Both the position numbers and the translations under genes were made by a program. The notes under the pieces were generated by a model. The model was given only the letters and a program-made list of their open reading frames with translations, searched no databases and had not been told where the DNA came from. Shown in pieces: positions 1 to 11,312 of a stretch of 64,000 nucleotides of DNA (position 1 is the stretch's first letter; the number at the start of each line of letters is the position of its first letter). The DNA is from Methylocystis sp. (GTDB lineage: Bacteria; Pseudomonadota; Alphaproteobacteria; Rhizobiales; Beijerinckiaceae): assembly GCA_046349135.1 (NCBI GenBank), contig JAXMCY010000007.1, positions 38,426-102,425 of the forward strand, written 5' to 3'.

Positions 1-845
<845 letters not shown>

Positions 846-848
846 GCC

Positions 849-1745
849 ATGGCGCGCGCGGCCTTCATCGGTCTCGGCAATATGGGCCGACCCATGTCGG
901 CGGCGCTGGCGCGCGCCGGCGTCGACACGCGTGGATTCGACCTCAATACGTCGCTCGTCGAAGCCGCCGCTCAACATGGCGTCGTCCCCGCAAGTTCCTT
1001 GCGCGATGCGATCGACAGCGCTGACGTCGCCATCACCATGCTGCAGAGCGGCGATCAGACGCTCGCCGTATGGCGCGAACTCGCGCCGCACGCGCGCGGC
1101 AAGCTCCTCATCGACTGCTCCACGATCGACATTGAAAGCGCGCAGGCTGCGCATCGGCTGGCGCAAGAGAGCGGCGCGCTCTCCGTCGATGCGCCGGTGT
1201 CGGGCGGCGTCGCCGGCGCGAAGGCCGCGACTCTGACCTTTATGTGCGGCGGGAAGGAGGAAGCTTTCGCGGTGGCAAGGCCCATTCTCGAACATATGGG
1301 CGCGCATGTGCTTCATTGCGGCGGCGCGGGAATGGGGCAGGCCGCAAAAATCTGCAACAATCTCATGCTCGGCGTGACGATGATCGCGACGGCGGAAGCC
1401 TTCGTCCTCGCCGAAAGGCTTGGACTGTCCCATCGGGCGCTGTTCGAGGCGGCGTCGATATCCTCGGGCCAGTCTTGGTCGCTCACCAGTTATTGCCCCG
1501 TGCCGGAGATGGTTCCGGCCTCGCCAGCGAATAATGACTACAAGCCGGGCTTCATGACCGCCTTGATGCTGAAGGACCTAAGGCTCGCGCAGGAGGCGGC
1601 GGCTCAATCCGGCGCGGCCTCGCCGCTCGGGGCCGCCGCGACGCAGCTCTATGCTCTCCAACAAGCAGCGGGCCAGGGCGGCTCGGATTTTTCGAGCATC
1701 ATCCAGCTCATTCGCGGCGAACAGCGTGAAGGGTCACAATCTTGA
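849..1745 (+). CDS. mmsB: 3-hydroxyisobutyrate dehydrogenase
   Basis: FIGLGNMG Rossmann motif, DAPVSGG, AAKICNN, SWSLTSYCPVP, LMLKDL. Confidence 0.93.
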   Translation: MARAAFIGLGNMGRPMSAALARAGVDTRGFDLNTSLVEAAAQHGVVPASSLRDAIDSADVAITMLQSGDQTLAVWRELAPHARGKLLIDCSTIDIESAQAAHRLAQESGALSVDAPVSGGVAGAKAATLTFMCGGKEEAFAVARPILEHMGAHVLHCGGAGMGQAAKICNNLMLGVTMIATAEAFVLAERLGLSHRALFEAASISSGQSWSLTSYCPVPEMVPASPANNDYKPGFMTALMLKDLRLAQEAAAQSGAASPLGAAATQLYALQQAAGQGGSDFSSIIQLIRGEQREGSQS

Positions 1746-1832
1746 TGTTGAAATAGAGGCGACATAGCGTGCGCCTATAGCTACGCGTCAAGGGCAATCC
1801 CATTCTGTCCACGTCCTAAAAGGAGGCGACAC

Positions 1833-2840
1833 ATGTCGAATCATTTTACCGGTCTCAGTCTCGGTCCGCCGCTTGGCGATCAAAGATTGGATCTATGTGA
1901 TCTCTATGCGTTCCAATCGCCAAGCGATCCTTCGCGGACGGCGATCATTCTCAACGCCAACCCCACCTGCGATGAGTTTCATCCTGAAGCCATCTATCGG
2001 CTCAACATCGACAATGACGGCGATTGCTTGACCGATATCGCAATCACCTATGTGTTCGCGCCCAAGCAGAACGGCCGGCAGACCTTCGACGTCTACCTGG
2101 CGCGCGGCGCTGAGTCGCGTTCCCCTGAGCCCGTTGGCGAAAAGATCGTCTCCGGCGCAGAGGTTTCCTTCGGCGCCAAGCCGAATATCGTCCGAGCGGG
2201 CGATTTCACCTTCTTCACAGGCGTTCGCAGCGACGCGTTCTTCTTCGACTACGACGGCATTCTTGCCTTGTACGACACGTCCGGCGGCAGAAATTTCACA
2301 GCGCCGCATCTCGGCGGCAAATCTCCCTGGACCGGCAAGGATTCGAACACTGAGGCAAATATCCTGTCCACCGTGGTCGAGATGCCGACGAGCGCTCTCG
2401 GCGGCAAACCGGGGGTCCGAATCTGGGGACGCTGCAGTGTGCGTCGCGACGGCAAATTGATCCACGCCGACCGCGCGGGCCATCCGTCGGTCAGCAGCTT
2501 CTTCAATACCGACGAAACGAAGGAAGAATATAACGCCAGCGAGCCCGTGAACGACCGCAAGCGCTGGCTCGAACAGTTCATCCATCTCATGGGGCACACT
2601 GGCGACTACACGAGGGATGAGGCGATCAAGGCGATCGACGACCATGGCATCCTGCCGGATATGCTCAGCTTCGATCCCACAAAACCCGCCGGTTACCCGA
2701 ACGGCCGCACTTTCACGGATGACGTCATTAATTTCCGGCTGTCGTTTCTTTCAAAGGGCGACATTCCCCCGGATGGGTTGAGCCCGCATACTGACACTTT
2801 GCAAGAATTCCCCTACATCGGAGCGCCGCACCAAAAGTAG
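1833..2840 (+). CDS. DUF4331-family protein
   Basis: MSNH...DLCDLYAF start, DAFFFD, DRAGHP, YPNGRTFTDDV, FPYIGAPH end; AGGAGG RBS. Confidence 0.75.
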   Translation: MSNHFTGLSLGPPLGDQRLDLCDLYAFQSPSDPSRTAIILNANPTCDEFHPEAIYRLNIDNDGDCLTDIAITYVFAPKQNGRQTFDVYLARGAESRSPEPVGEKIVSGAEVSFGAKPNIVRAGDFTFFTGVRSDAFFFDYDGILALYDTSGGRNFTAPHLGGKSPWTGKDSNTEANILSTVVEMPTSALGGKPGVRIWGRCSVRRDGKLIHADRAGHPSVSSFFNTDETKEEYNASEPVNDRKRWLEQFIHLMGHTGDYTRDEAIKAIDDHGILPDMLSFDPTKPAGYPNGRTFTDDVINFRLSFLSKGDIPPDGLSPHTDTLQEFPYIGAPHQK

Positions 2841-2851
2841 GTGGCAGGCCT

Positions 2852-2886
2852 AAAAAAACGGGCGCGCTGGCGGCGCGCCCGTTTTT
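2852..2886. terminator. Bidirectional intrinsic terminator
   Basis: AAAAAAACGGGCGCGC-loop-GCGCGCCCGTTTTT between convergent genes. Confidence 0.8.
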
Positions 2887-2908
2887 GCGTCCCTTGCGCG
2901 GTTCAGAA

Positions 2909-3454
2909 TTACCGATGCGCGCGGGTCTTCTTTGGGGCGGGCGCGGCCGGCGGCGGCGGCGGTGGCGGCGTCACCGGCATATATTGCAGGCTGACATTGC
3001 CCAAGCCGGCGGAAAGATTTGCGCCGGTGCCTAAAGAGACGGAAAGCGGCTGCAAAGAGATCGTCTTGTTCGAGCCGCCAACGAGAAGAGCGCCGCCTGC
3101 GCCTGCTCCAATCGCGAGCGACCCTTCAGCGCCGACATAATCTCCCGCCAGTGCGCCGGGCGCGACGTTGTTGGTGGCCGCAAGCACATTCCAAACGAGC
3201 TTGCCCGGACCGCTGATGCCGATATTGGCGCCGACATTAGTCAACCGGCCGATGTAATGCTGGGGCGGGCTGCCTTTGGCGTCCGTGTAAACGCAGTCGA
3301 GCGCCTGATTCTCTATGATGATCATGCCGACGCCGCCGGAGACATGGCAAAGAAGGGTGCCGACTTGCACGGATTGCGCCATGGCGGCGCTAGGCGCAAG
3401 GGCGATGGCGAAGGACATCGCGCAAAATGCGCGTCCGAGCGAAATACGAGACAT
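2909..3454 (-). CDS. DUF992-family secreted protein
   Basis: Signal peptide, VGTLLC, LAGDYVG, LVGGSNKTISLQPLSV; Pro-rich tail; start at MSRISL after GGAG. Confidence 0.82.
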   Translation of the reverse strand: MSRISLGRAFCAMSFAIALAPSAAMAQSVQVGTLLCHVSGGVGMIIIENQALDCVYTDAKGSPPQHYIGRLTNVGANIGISGPGKLVWNVLAATNNVAPGALAGDYVGAEGSLAIGAGAGGALLVGGSNKTISLQPLSVSLGTGANLSAGLGNVSLQYMPVTPPPPPPPAAPAPKKTRAHR

Positions 3455-3619
3455 TATTGAACTCCATCGATGGTTGCGGAATCTACCGCGCGGGCGGACT
3501 CTAAAGGCGAAAATTCGAAAAAGTAAGCCTGCGGCGAACCCGTTGAACGACCGCTGAAATGTCTGCGCACAGGCGAATCGCCGCAAGTCCAATGCGATGA
3601 AGCGATCGAATCGCGAGCG

Positions 3620-5188
3620 TTAATGCGCCGGCGATGAGGCGCCCTCCCCGAGCCGGACCCGACTCAACAGAAAGGCCAGCGGCACGATGGCCGCCGCAAC
3701 GAGCGTCAGAGCGTAGAAAACGTCGATATAAGCCAGATGGGACGCCTGCGCCTGCGCCTGACGGCCGATCCAGGCGAGGGCTTGCCGGCGCGCTTCCGAC
3801 GCCGAGCCGCCGAGCGAGAGAAAATAGTCGGTGGCGCGGCGCAGCGCCTCCTGAAATTGAACATTGGAGGGAATCGCATTTTCCGCCAGCCGGCTCATAT
3901 GGACTTGTTCGCGGCGCGACAACACGTTCTGCGCAAGCGAAACGCCCATCGACCCGCCGACATTGCGCGCGACGTTGATGAGCGCGGACGCCTGGTCCGT
4001 CTTCTCGGGCGGAAGGCCCTGGTAAGAGGCCGTCGTAATGGGGATGAAGATGAGCGGCAGACCGATTCCAATGTAGATGCGCGTGCGGGCGAAATACCAG
4101 AAGTCGAGGTCGCCATAGAGATTGGTAAGATTGTAGATCGAAAGGGCGACGACGGCCGCGCCGGTCATGATCAGATATTTCGGCTGCACGCGTCCCGATA
4201 GCCGCCCGACGACGATCATCATCGCCATGGTGACTACCCCGCCGGGCGATAACACTAGGCCCGCAAGAGTCGCCGTATAGCCGAAGGAGAGCTGCAACAG
4301 CTGCGGCAAAATCTGAGTGGTTGCGATGAGAACTGCGCCGACCGCCGTCATTACCAGGAAACAGGCGCCAAATTGCCGCGTCGCGATCATCCGAATGTCG
4401 ACCACGGGGTTCTTGCGCGTCGCTTCCCACGGAATCATCAGCACAAAGGCGGCGGCTGAAACGCCGGCGAAGCCGACGATGAAATTCGAGCCGAACCAAT
4501 CGTCGCGCTGCCCGCGATCGAGCACCACTTCGAGCGCGCCGAGAAAGGTCGAAACGAGAAGAAATCCGACAAAATCAAAAGGCGGCGCGCTTGGCCTGAC
4601 ATCCGGATCGCGCAGTACGGCGGCGACCATCGCGATCGACAAAAGGCCGATGGGACCGTTGATCAGGAAACACCAGTGCCAGGAATAATTGTCGGAAAGC
4701 CAACCCCCTAACGTCGGGCCGATGACGGGCGCGACCACGACCGCGATGCCAAAGAGCGCGAAGCCCTGTCCGCGCTTTTCCGGCGGGAAGGCGTCGGCGA
4801 GAATCGATTGCGACACGGGCACCATGCCGCCGCCGCCAAGGCCTTGCAGGACTCGAAAGAAAAGCAGCGAGCGGATGTCCCAGGCGAAGCCGCATAATAT
4901 CGAGCTTGCGGTAAAGAGCGCGAGACAAATCAGAAAAAACGGCTTCCGACCCAGCGCCTTCGCCAGGTGGCTGCTCGCGGTCAGAATGACTGCATTCGAG
5001 ATGAGGTAGGTCGTCACCACCCATGCGGCTTCGTCGGGCGATACGGCCGTGCCGCCGGCGATATAGGGCAGGGCGACATTGGCGATGGTCGTATCCAGCA
5101 CTTCCATGAAGGTCGCGACCGAGACGACGACGGCGATCAGCCAGGGATTGGGCGCATCCGGCGTTGTCGCTGGCGCGGCGCCGCTCAC
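3620..5188 (-). CDS. emrB: DHA2-family (EmrB-like) MFS efflux transporter
   Basis: TFMEVLDTTIANVALP, WVVTTYL, APVIGPTLGGWL, ARNVGGS; multi-TM. Confidence 0.88.
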   Translation of the reverse strand: MSGAAPATTPDAPNPWLIAVVVSVATFMEVLDTTIANVALPYIAGGTAVSPDEAAWVVTTYLISNAVILTASSHLAKALGRKPFFLICLALFTASSILCGFAWDIRSLLFFRVLQGLGGGGMVPVSQSILADAFPPEKRGQGFALFGIAVVVAPVIGPTLGGWLSDNYSWHWCFLINGPIGLLSIAMVAAVLRDPDVRPSAPPFDFVGFLLVSTFLGALEVVLDRGQRDDWFGSNFIVGFAGVSAAAFVLMIPWEATRKNPVVDIRMIATRQFGACFLVMTAVGAVLIATTQILPQLLQLSFGYTATLAGLVLSPGGVVTMAMMIVVGRLSGRVQPKYLIMTGAAVVALSIYNLTNLYGDLDFWYFARTRIYIGIGLPLIFIPITTASYQGLPPEKTDQASALINVARNVGGSMGVSLAQNVLSRREQVHMSRLAENAIPSNVQFQEALRRATDYFLSLGGSASEARRQALAWIGRQAQAQASHLAYIDVFYALTLVAAAIVPLAFLLSRVRLGEGASSPAH

Positions 5189-6324
5189 AGCAGGTTTCTC
5201 AGCCGTTCGTAAATCGAAGGCTGTGGATCGATGCGAACGGTGGGGACGACGGACATGCCGGGGCCCAGCGCGACGTCGGAAGGGACATTGTCGATCGAGA
5301 TTTTTACCGGCACCCGTTGGACGATCTTGACGTAATTACCCGTCGCATTCTGCGCCGGCAGCAGCGAGAAGGCCGTGCCGGAGCCCGGTTGAATGCTGAC
5401 GACCCTCCCCGAGAATTCGCGTTCGGGATAGGCGTCGACGCGCATGCGAACCGTCTGTCCCGGCCGCATCTGGTCGAGTTGCGTCTCCTTGTAGTTCGCC
5501 GTCACCCAGATGTTGTCGGGAACGAACATCGCAAGGCTTGCGCCCGCCTGCGCCAGTTCACCGACCGCCGCCGTCAATCGAACGACGCGGCCGGCTTCTG
5601 CCGCCGTCACCGTCGTATAGGAGAGATTGAGGCGCGCCTTGTCGACCTGTGCGCTGGCCTGGGCGATCTTCGCTTCCGCTGAATTGCGCTGCGCCTCCAA
5701 TGAATGAATCTGCGCGCGCGCCGCCTCCACTGCGTCGCTGGCGCGTTCGCGGCGCGCCTGTTCCTGGGCGAGCTGCGACGAGGTCTGCTGCTGACGCTGG
5801 ACCGTGCCGGTGCCGCGCTGCACTAGCGTGCGGGATCGCGTCGCTTCCTGCTGCGCGAAACGCAGCGCAGCCTGAGACTGCTCGACTTGCGCCTCGGACG
5901 CGCCGATCTGGGCGCGCTGGGCGGCGATTTGCGCATCAAGATTCTTGGCGGTCGCCTGCGCCGCTTCCAGTTGAGCCTCGGCATCGGCCAATGCGATGCG
6001 ATAGTCCCGCCGATCGATGCGCGCGATGACGTCGCCGGGAGAGACATGTTGATTATCGGTCGCCTCGACGGCGATAAGGTACCCTGAGACCTTCGGGGAA
6101 ATCGAATATTGCCTGGCGTCGATAAAGGCGTCGTCAGTCGACTCGAAATGCGAGGCATAATTCCAGTAGATGAATGCGCCGAGCCCAAGAAGGATGAGCG
6201 CGAGCGCGCCGACGACAACGAACTCGGGATGGCGTCGAACAAATCCCGCTCTGTCGTTGCGCGACGCGTCGCGCTCGGGTCGAACCTCTCTGTGCGCGCG
6301 CGGCGCTGTCCCGGCCTCGGTCAT
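5185..6324 (-). CDS. emrA: HlyD/EmrA-family membrane fusion protein
   Basis: STDDAFI, WVTANYKETQL, FSLLPAQNATGNYVKIVQRVPV; 4-nt overlap with emrB. Confidence 0.88.
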   Translation of the reverse strand: MTEAGTAPRAHREVRPERDASRNDRAGFVRRHPEFVVVGALALILLGLGAFIYWNYASHFESTDDAFIDARQYSISPKVSGYLIAVEATDNQHVSPGDVIARIDRRDYRIALADAEAQLEAAQATAKNLDAQIAAQRAQIGASEAQVEQSQAALRFAQQEATRSRTLVQRGTGTVQRQQQTSSQLAQEQARRERASDAVEAARAQIHSLEAQRNSAEAKIAQASAQVDKARLNLSYTTVTAAEAGRVVRLTAAVGELAQAGASLAMFVPDNIWVTANYKETQLDQMRPGQTVRMRVDAYPEREFSGRVVSIQPGSGTAFSLLPAQNATGNYVKIVQRVPVKISIDNVPSDVALGPGMSVVPTVRIDPQPSIYERLRNLL

Positions 6325-6381
6325 TCATGACTCCGCGCGCCAAAGCGTTCTGGCATCCCGCCGAGCCAACGCACGCGAGCG

Positions 6382-6537
6382 TTACAGCCTGCCAATCAGC
6401 GCCATGACGACGACGATCGCCAACAGGGCGCCGATCAGGCCGCCGGGGCCATATCCCCATCCAGAACTATAAGGCCATGTCGGAAGCGCGCCGAGCAGCA
6501 GCAGCAACAGGACAACGATCAGGACAGTCGAGAGCAT
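6382..6537 (-). CDS. DUF3309-family small membrane protein (51 aa, not in the ORF track)
   Basis: Translated by hand: MLSTVLIVVLLLLLLGALPTWPYSSGWGYGPGGLIGALLAIVVVMALIGRL; AAGGAG RBS. Confidence 0.85.
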   Translation of the reverse strand: MLSTVLIVVLLLLLLGALPTWPYSSGWGYGPGGLIGALLAIVVVMALIGRL

Positions 6538-6716
6538 GGATGAACTCCTTGGCCACCGCGCATTCTGCGCGACCTGTCATCGCAACTCTCACGCTGGACG
6601 AATGTTCCTTGCCAGCCGCTCAGCGCAGATATGGTGGAATTGGCTCTGCTTGTTTTCGAGTCTCGCGCGCCTAGTTCAACTGAGAGGCGCCGCGACGAAG
6701 CGGAAGCCAAACAAAG

Positions 6717-6757
6717 AACGGCTCGCGACCTCGGATGTAAAGGCGCGAGCCGTTTTT
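6717..6757. terminator. Probable terminator hairpin after the cupin gene
   Basis: AACGGCTCGCG...CGCGAGCCGTT inverted repeat. Confidence 0.55.
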
Positions 6758-6769
6758 GCGTTGCGTATC

Positions 6770-7262
6770 CTAAGGATTGACTGGCGTTGCCGGCGCGATA
6801 TTGAGACGCGGGTCGTCTTTGGGATCGTAATAGTATCTTCCACGGTCCGGCCGCATTGATCTGAAGAACCGAGTCCTCGTCGACGAAGACGTAATGCAGC
6901 ACGCCGGCAGGCATCGAGATAAAGCTGCCGGCAGGAAGTTTTTCAATGCTGGCGCGGTCGGCTGACTGCCCCCTGCCGAAGCTGAACGCGCCCGAAATAA
7001 TTGTCACGAGCTCCGCCTTGGGATGCGTATGCGGCGGCACGCGATAGCCCTTCGGCGCCCTGATTCGGACGACGAAATCCCCTTCTTTTGCCGGATCTCC
7101 GTAGAGCACCGCCATTTCGGCGCCACCGGGCAGCGATGTCGGCGCCGGCGCCCATTGGATGTCGCTTGGAAGAAAAGAGCGATGCGTGTCGACCGTTCCG
7201 GCCTGAGCCAATCCGCCTGCGGCGAGAAGCCCCGCGAATAGAATCCCTAACCTTGCTTTCAT
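6770..7262 (-). CDS. Secreted cupin-domain protein (DUF4437-like), apparent frameshift near 6835
   Basis: Signal peptide, VLYGDPAKEG, PPHTHP, GSFISMPAG..HY; family-like end YYDPKDDP...TAG(6770) is in another frame. Confidence 0.75.
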
Positions 7263-7356
7263 CGGTCTCTCCTGTCGCGCTTTTGTCTTCTCAAGCGGCG
7301 CTGCAGTCTCATCGGCGTCGCATACGGATCGACACATATAGGGCGCGATTGCGGAG

Positions 7357-8427
7357 TCAGCCCCACCAGAAAATCGCGGCGACGATAATGTAGAGACCGA
7401 CCAATGCCGCCCCGTCGACCATGTCCGCCTTGCCGTCGACAGTCACGACCGTGACCACCAGCACCGAAAGAAACAAGGCCGCCGCGAGGATCGGCGGAAT
7501 GGCGAGCGTGAACGGCGCCGCGCCGCCCATCGCAAAGCTGACAAGCACCAGGATTGGAATAAGCGCTACCGCCACTTGCAGCGCTGAGTTCAGAATGACG
7601 CTGACGGCAAGATCGGCCTTGCCCTGCGCTGCGAGCCGGACGCCAACGACATTCTCGACCGCGTTGCCGGCGATAGCGACGATAACGAGACCGGAAAAGG
7701 CTTCGCTGACGCCTAGCGTTTCAATTGCGGGTCCGAGCGCCTCGACAAACCAGTCAGACACAAAGGCGGCGGCCGCGCCGCAGGCCGCGAGAACGGCTAT
7801 TGCCGCGCCGAGCGACCAGGCATCTGCTCGAGCATGAGCCTCAGCCGGCAGCGCTCGCTGCCCCTGTCTGAGCATGGCCTGGGTGAGCACAACAAAAACG
7901 AAAAGAAGCACGACCGCGCAGATGACCGCGAGCTCCTGTTCATGCGCGCCGCTGGGTAGATGCAGCTCCTGAGCGAGGGTCGGCAATACCAGCGCCGACA
8001 CGGCCAGAAGGAGCAGCGTCGCGATCATGCGCGGCGTCTGGCTTTCGAAGTGAAGTACGCCGACCCTTAACCCGCCGGCCATGAAGGCGAGCCCCAGGAC
8101 AAGCAGCGCGTTCGAGAGAATGGAGCCGATCAGCGAAGCCTGAACGACGGTCAGCAGGCCGGCTCGAAGCGCGAAGATGCAGACGAACAACTCCGGGAGA
8201 TTTCCGACCGCCGACTGAACAATCCCTGTCGCGGCGGGCGAGAGATGGTTACCGAGTTGGTCGGTGGCTTCGCCAATGACATGCGCAACGCTCGCCAGCG
8301 CCAAAGCCGACGCGACGAAGTTAAAAACCGGCCCGGCGTCGGTGAAATGCAGCGCCGCGGCGACTCCCACAAGTCCGGCTGCAGGCGCCATCGTCGCGAG
8401 GACTTTCCCGTAGCCGGCTGCGCTCAT
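7357..8427 (-). CDS. chaA: Ca2+/H+ antiporter (CaCA/ChaA-Cax family)
   Basis: alpha repeats GNLPE and GNAVE, GSILSNALLVLG, multi-TM. Confidence 0.85.
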   Translation of the reverse strand: MSAAGYGKVLATMAPAAGLVGVAAALHFTDAGPVFNFVASALALASVAHVIGEATDQLGNHLSPAATGIVQSAVGNLPELFVCIFALRAGLLTVVQASLIGSILSNALLVLGLAFMAGGLRVGVLHFESQTPRMIATLLLLAVSALVLPTLAQELHLPSGAHEQELAVICAVVLLFVFVVLTQAMLRQGQRALPAEAHARADAWSLGAAIAVLAACGAAAAFVSDWFVEALGPAIETLGVSEAFSGLVIVAIAGNAVENVVGVRLAAQGKADLAVSVILNSALQVAVALIPILVLVSFAMGGAAPFTLAIPPILAAALFLSVLVVTVVTVDGKADMVDGAALVGLYIIVAAIFWWG

Positions 8428-8533
8428 TGCTTTTTCTCTCTGTTCGAGGGGATGCGACCGCGGGCGGTCGACGCGCGTGAAGAAGGCTGAGAACACGATT
8501 CAGCGTTTCGCATGGATGGAGCCGTCGGCGCGA

Positions 8534-11005
8534 TCAATCCGTCTGTCTTGGCGTTCTGCCGAGTCGCTTTTCCAACTCGACGATCCGTCGCGTTGTCTCC
8601 AGAACCGTGTCGGGGTTGAGGCTGATCGAGTCGATTCCCAGCCCTACGAGGAACTCGGCGATTTCCGGATAATCCGAGGGCGCCTGACCGCAGATTCCGC
8701 AATGACGGCGGTTACGCTTGGCGCCTTCGACCGCCAACCGAATAATCTCTTTAACGCCCTCGTCGCGTTCATCGAAGTCGAAGGCGACGATTTCCGAGTC
8801 GCGGTCGACGCCGAGCGTCAGTTGCGTCAAATCGTTCGAGCCGATCGAAAATCCATCGAAGTGTCTCGAAAATTGATCGACCATCATGACGTTGTTTGGA
8901 ATTTCGCACATGACGTAAATTTCGAGTCCGTTCTTGCCGCGTTGGAGACCAAGCTCGCCCATCAGAGAAAGAACCTTCTCCGCTTCTTCGATGCGGCGGC
9001 AGAAGGGAATCATCAGCTTGACGTTCGTCAGGCCCATGTCATCGCGCACGCGATTCATCGCCGCGCATTCAAGCGCGAAGCCGTCCCGATAGGCGGGGTG
9101 CGCATAGCGCGCCGCGCCGCGAAAGCCGATCATTGGATTGGCTTCACGAGCTTCGAAAACGGCGCCGCCGAGCAATGACGCATATTCATTGCTCTTGAAG
9201 TCGGACATGCGCACGATGACCGGCTTCGGATAGAACGCCGCCGCGATCGCGCCGACTCCTTCCGACAGCCGCGTCACGAAGAATTCGCCGGGGCTCGCGT
9301 AATTAGCGGTCAGTCTCGCAATTTCGGCGCGTTCGTCCGCTTCAAGCCGCTCAGGATGCGCGAGCGCCATCGGATGCGCCTTGATCGAATCCGCGATGAT
9401 GAACTCCATGCGCGCGAGACCGACGCCATCGTTGGGCAGCGCCGCAAGGCCGAAGGCGATGTCCGGATTGCCGACGTTCATCATCACGTGAGTGGCCGGC
9501 TTCGACAGAGTCGACAGATCGACTCTTTCGACGTCAAAGTCGATGCCGCCTTCATAGACCTTTCCGACGTCGCCCTCGGCGCAGCTCACCGAAATCAGGT
9601 CGCCGGTGCGGATGAGGCGTGTCGCTGCGTCAGTGCCGACGATCGCCGGAATGCCAAGTTCGCGCGCGACGATCGCCGCATGGCAGGTGCGGCCGCCGCG
9701 GTTTGTCACGATGGCCGCGGCGGATTTCATCACCGTGCCCCAATCGGGCGAGGTCGTGTCGGCGACAAGAATCTCGCCCGGGATGAACGTGGAGAGTTCG
9801 CTGGCGTGCTCAATCACCCGCGCCTTGCCGCTGGCGATCTTCGCGCCGACCGCGCGTCCTTCGACGATCGCTGCGCCGTGTTTCGTCACCTTGTAAATTT
9901 CGGCGATGTTTCGGTCGCGGCGAGACGCGACCGTTTCGGGTCGCGCCTGCACGATGTAAAGCCGTCCGTCGACGCCGTCCTTGGCCCATTCGATGTCCAT
10001 TGGACGGCGCGCGCCGGCTTTGGCGCTATAATGCTCCTCGATCGTCATGGCCTGCCCGGCCAGCGTCAGCGCCTCGTCGTCGGAGATGCAGAATTTCTCT
10101 CTTTCCTTGACGTCGGTCGGAACGTTCCGCGTCGTTGCTCTCCCGCGATCCGAGAACACCATCCGGATTTTTTTTGCGCCGAGCGCGCGCTTCAAGATGG
10201 CGCGCTTGCCCAGCCGATAGGTCGGCTTGAAGACGTAGAATTCGTCCGGATCGACCGCTCCCTGCACAACATTTTCGCCAAGACCGTAGGCGCCGGTGAT
10301 GAACACGACATCCTCGAATCCGCTTTCGGTGTCGATCGTGAAGACCACGCCGGATGCGGCCAAGTCCGATCGCGCCATTTTCATCACGCCGACGGAGTTG
10401 AACACTTTGAAATGATCGAAGCCGTTGTCGATTCGGTAGCGGATGGCGCGGTCGGTGAACAGGCTCGCGAAGCAGTGGCGAACCGCGTCGAGAACGGCCG
10501 CGGCGCCACGTACGTTGAGATAGGTGTCATGCTGGCCGGCGAAACTTGCGCTCGGCAAATCTTCTGCCGTTGCCGACGAGCGCACCGCGACCGTCAGGTC
10601 GTCGCCGTATTCCTCGGTGAGTTGGGCCAGAGCGCTGCGAATTTCGGCTTCCAGATCTGGAGGCGTTTGCGCGCCGTAAACGATGTCGCGCGCCGCCGCC
10701 GCCCGTTTCGCGAGATCGTCGACGTCAGATGGATTCAGTCCGTCGAGCGCCGCCTTTAGAGAGGGCCACGCGCCAGCCTGGTCGAGCACATAGCGATAGG
10801 CTTCGGCGGTGACGGCGAAGCCGTTGGGCACCAGGATGCCTTTCGCCGTCAGCTCTCTGTACATTTCGCCAAGCGAAGCGTTCTTGCCGCCGACGAGCGG
10901 CACGTCGGCGATGCCGACCTCGCCGAAAAAGCGAATAAAGCGCGCCGGCGACGGATGCGCCGGACGAGCATTGAGGGACTGGGCGGAATCGGCCGTTTCG
11001 GTCAT
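8534..11005 (-). CDS. ppsA: Phosphoenolpyruvate synthase
   Basis: VGGKNASLGEM, AVRSSATAEDLP, GGRTCHAAIVARELG phospho-His motif, FSIGSNDLTQ. Confidence 0.96.
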   Translation of the reverse strand: MTETADSAQSLNARPAHPSPARFIRFFGEVGIADVPLVGGKNASLGEMYRELTAKGILVPNGFAVTAEAYRYVLDQAGAWPSLKAALDGLNPSDVDDLAKRAAAARDIVYGAQTPPDLEAEIRSALAQLTEEYGDDLTVAVRSSATAEDLPSASFAGQHDTYLNVRGAAAVLDAVRHCFASLFTDRAIRYRIDNGFDHFKVFNSVGVMKMARSDLAASGVVFTIDTESGFEDVVFITGAYGLGENVVQGAVDPDEFYVFKPTYRLGKRAILKRALGAKKIRMVFSDRGRATTRNVPTDVKEREKFCISDDEALTLAGQAMTIEEHYSAKAGARRPMDIEWAKDGVDGRLYIVQARPETVASRRDRNIAEIYKVTKHGAAIVEGRAVGAKIASGKARVIEHASELSTFIPGEILVADTTSPDWGTVMKSAAAIVTNRGGRTCHAAIVARELGIPAIVGTDAATRLIRTGDLISVSCAEGDVGKVYEGGIDFDVERVDLSTLSKPATHVMMNVGNPDIAFGLAALPNDGVGLARMEFIIADSIKAHPMALAHPERLEADERAEIARLTANYASPGEFFVTRLSEGVGAIAAAFYPKPVIVRMSDFKSNEYASLLGGAVFEAREANPMIGFRGAARYAHPAYRDGFALECAAMNRVRDDMGLTNVKLMIPFCRRIEEAEKVLSLMGELGLQRGKNGLEIYVMCEIPNNVMMVDQFSRHFDGFSIGSNDLTQLTLGVDRDSEIVAFDFDERDEGVKEIIRLAVEGAKRNRRHCGICGQAPSDYPEIAEFLVGLGIDSISLNPDTVLETTRRIVELEKRLGRTPRQTD

Positions 11006-11312
11006 GACGAGCTCTTTTTGGCGGGGCTATATGTCATTAGCCTATAGGGCGGCAATTATTGCAGGCGCGAGGCGATCGTGAGCACATGCACAGAATTTCT
11101 TTGCTCCGGGCGTGTTTCCCGTCGCATCGCCGTCCGTATTGGCTTAAGGATAGGCTTGTGGAGGCCGATTCTGTCCTATGAAAAACGCTTACCTCGCATG
11201 CCGCGGCCAAAACTTGACCTAGTGGTCGAGATTTGGCCGGATTCTTAACCATAATGGGAATCTGACCGGACGGCTGGCCAAATCCAGCTCGTGCTATTGA
11301 GGAGGGCGCTAA

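Noticed and set aside
6519-6770. Long C-terminal extension of the cupin ORF
   Set aside because: Product of the frameshift near 6835; the family-like end and a hairpin support a stop at 6770
9356-10759. 467-aa plus-strand ORF
   Set aside because: Antisense to ppsA with no motifs; the same applies to the shadows of infB, serA, leuB and secG
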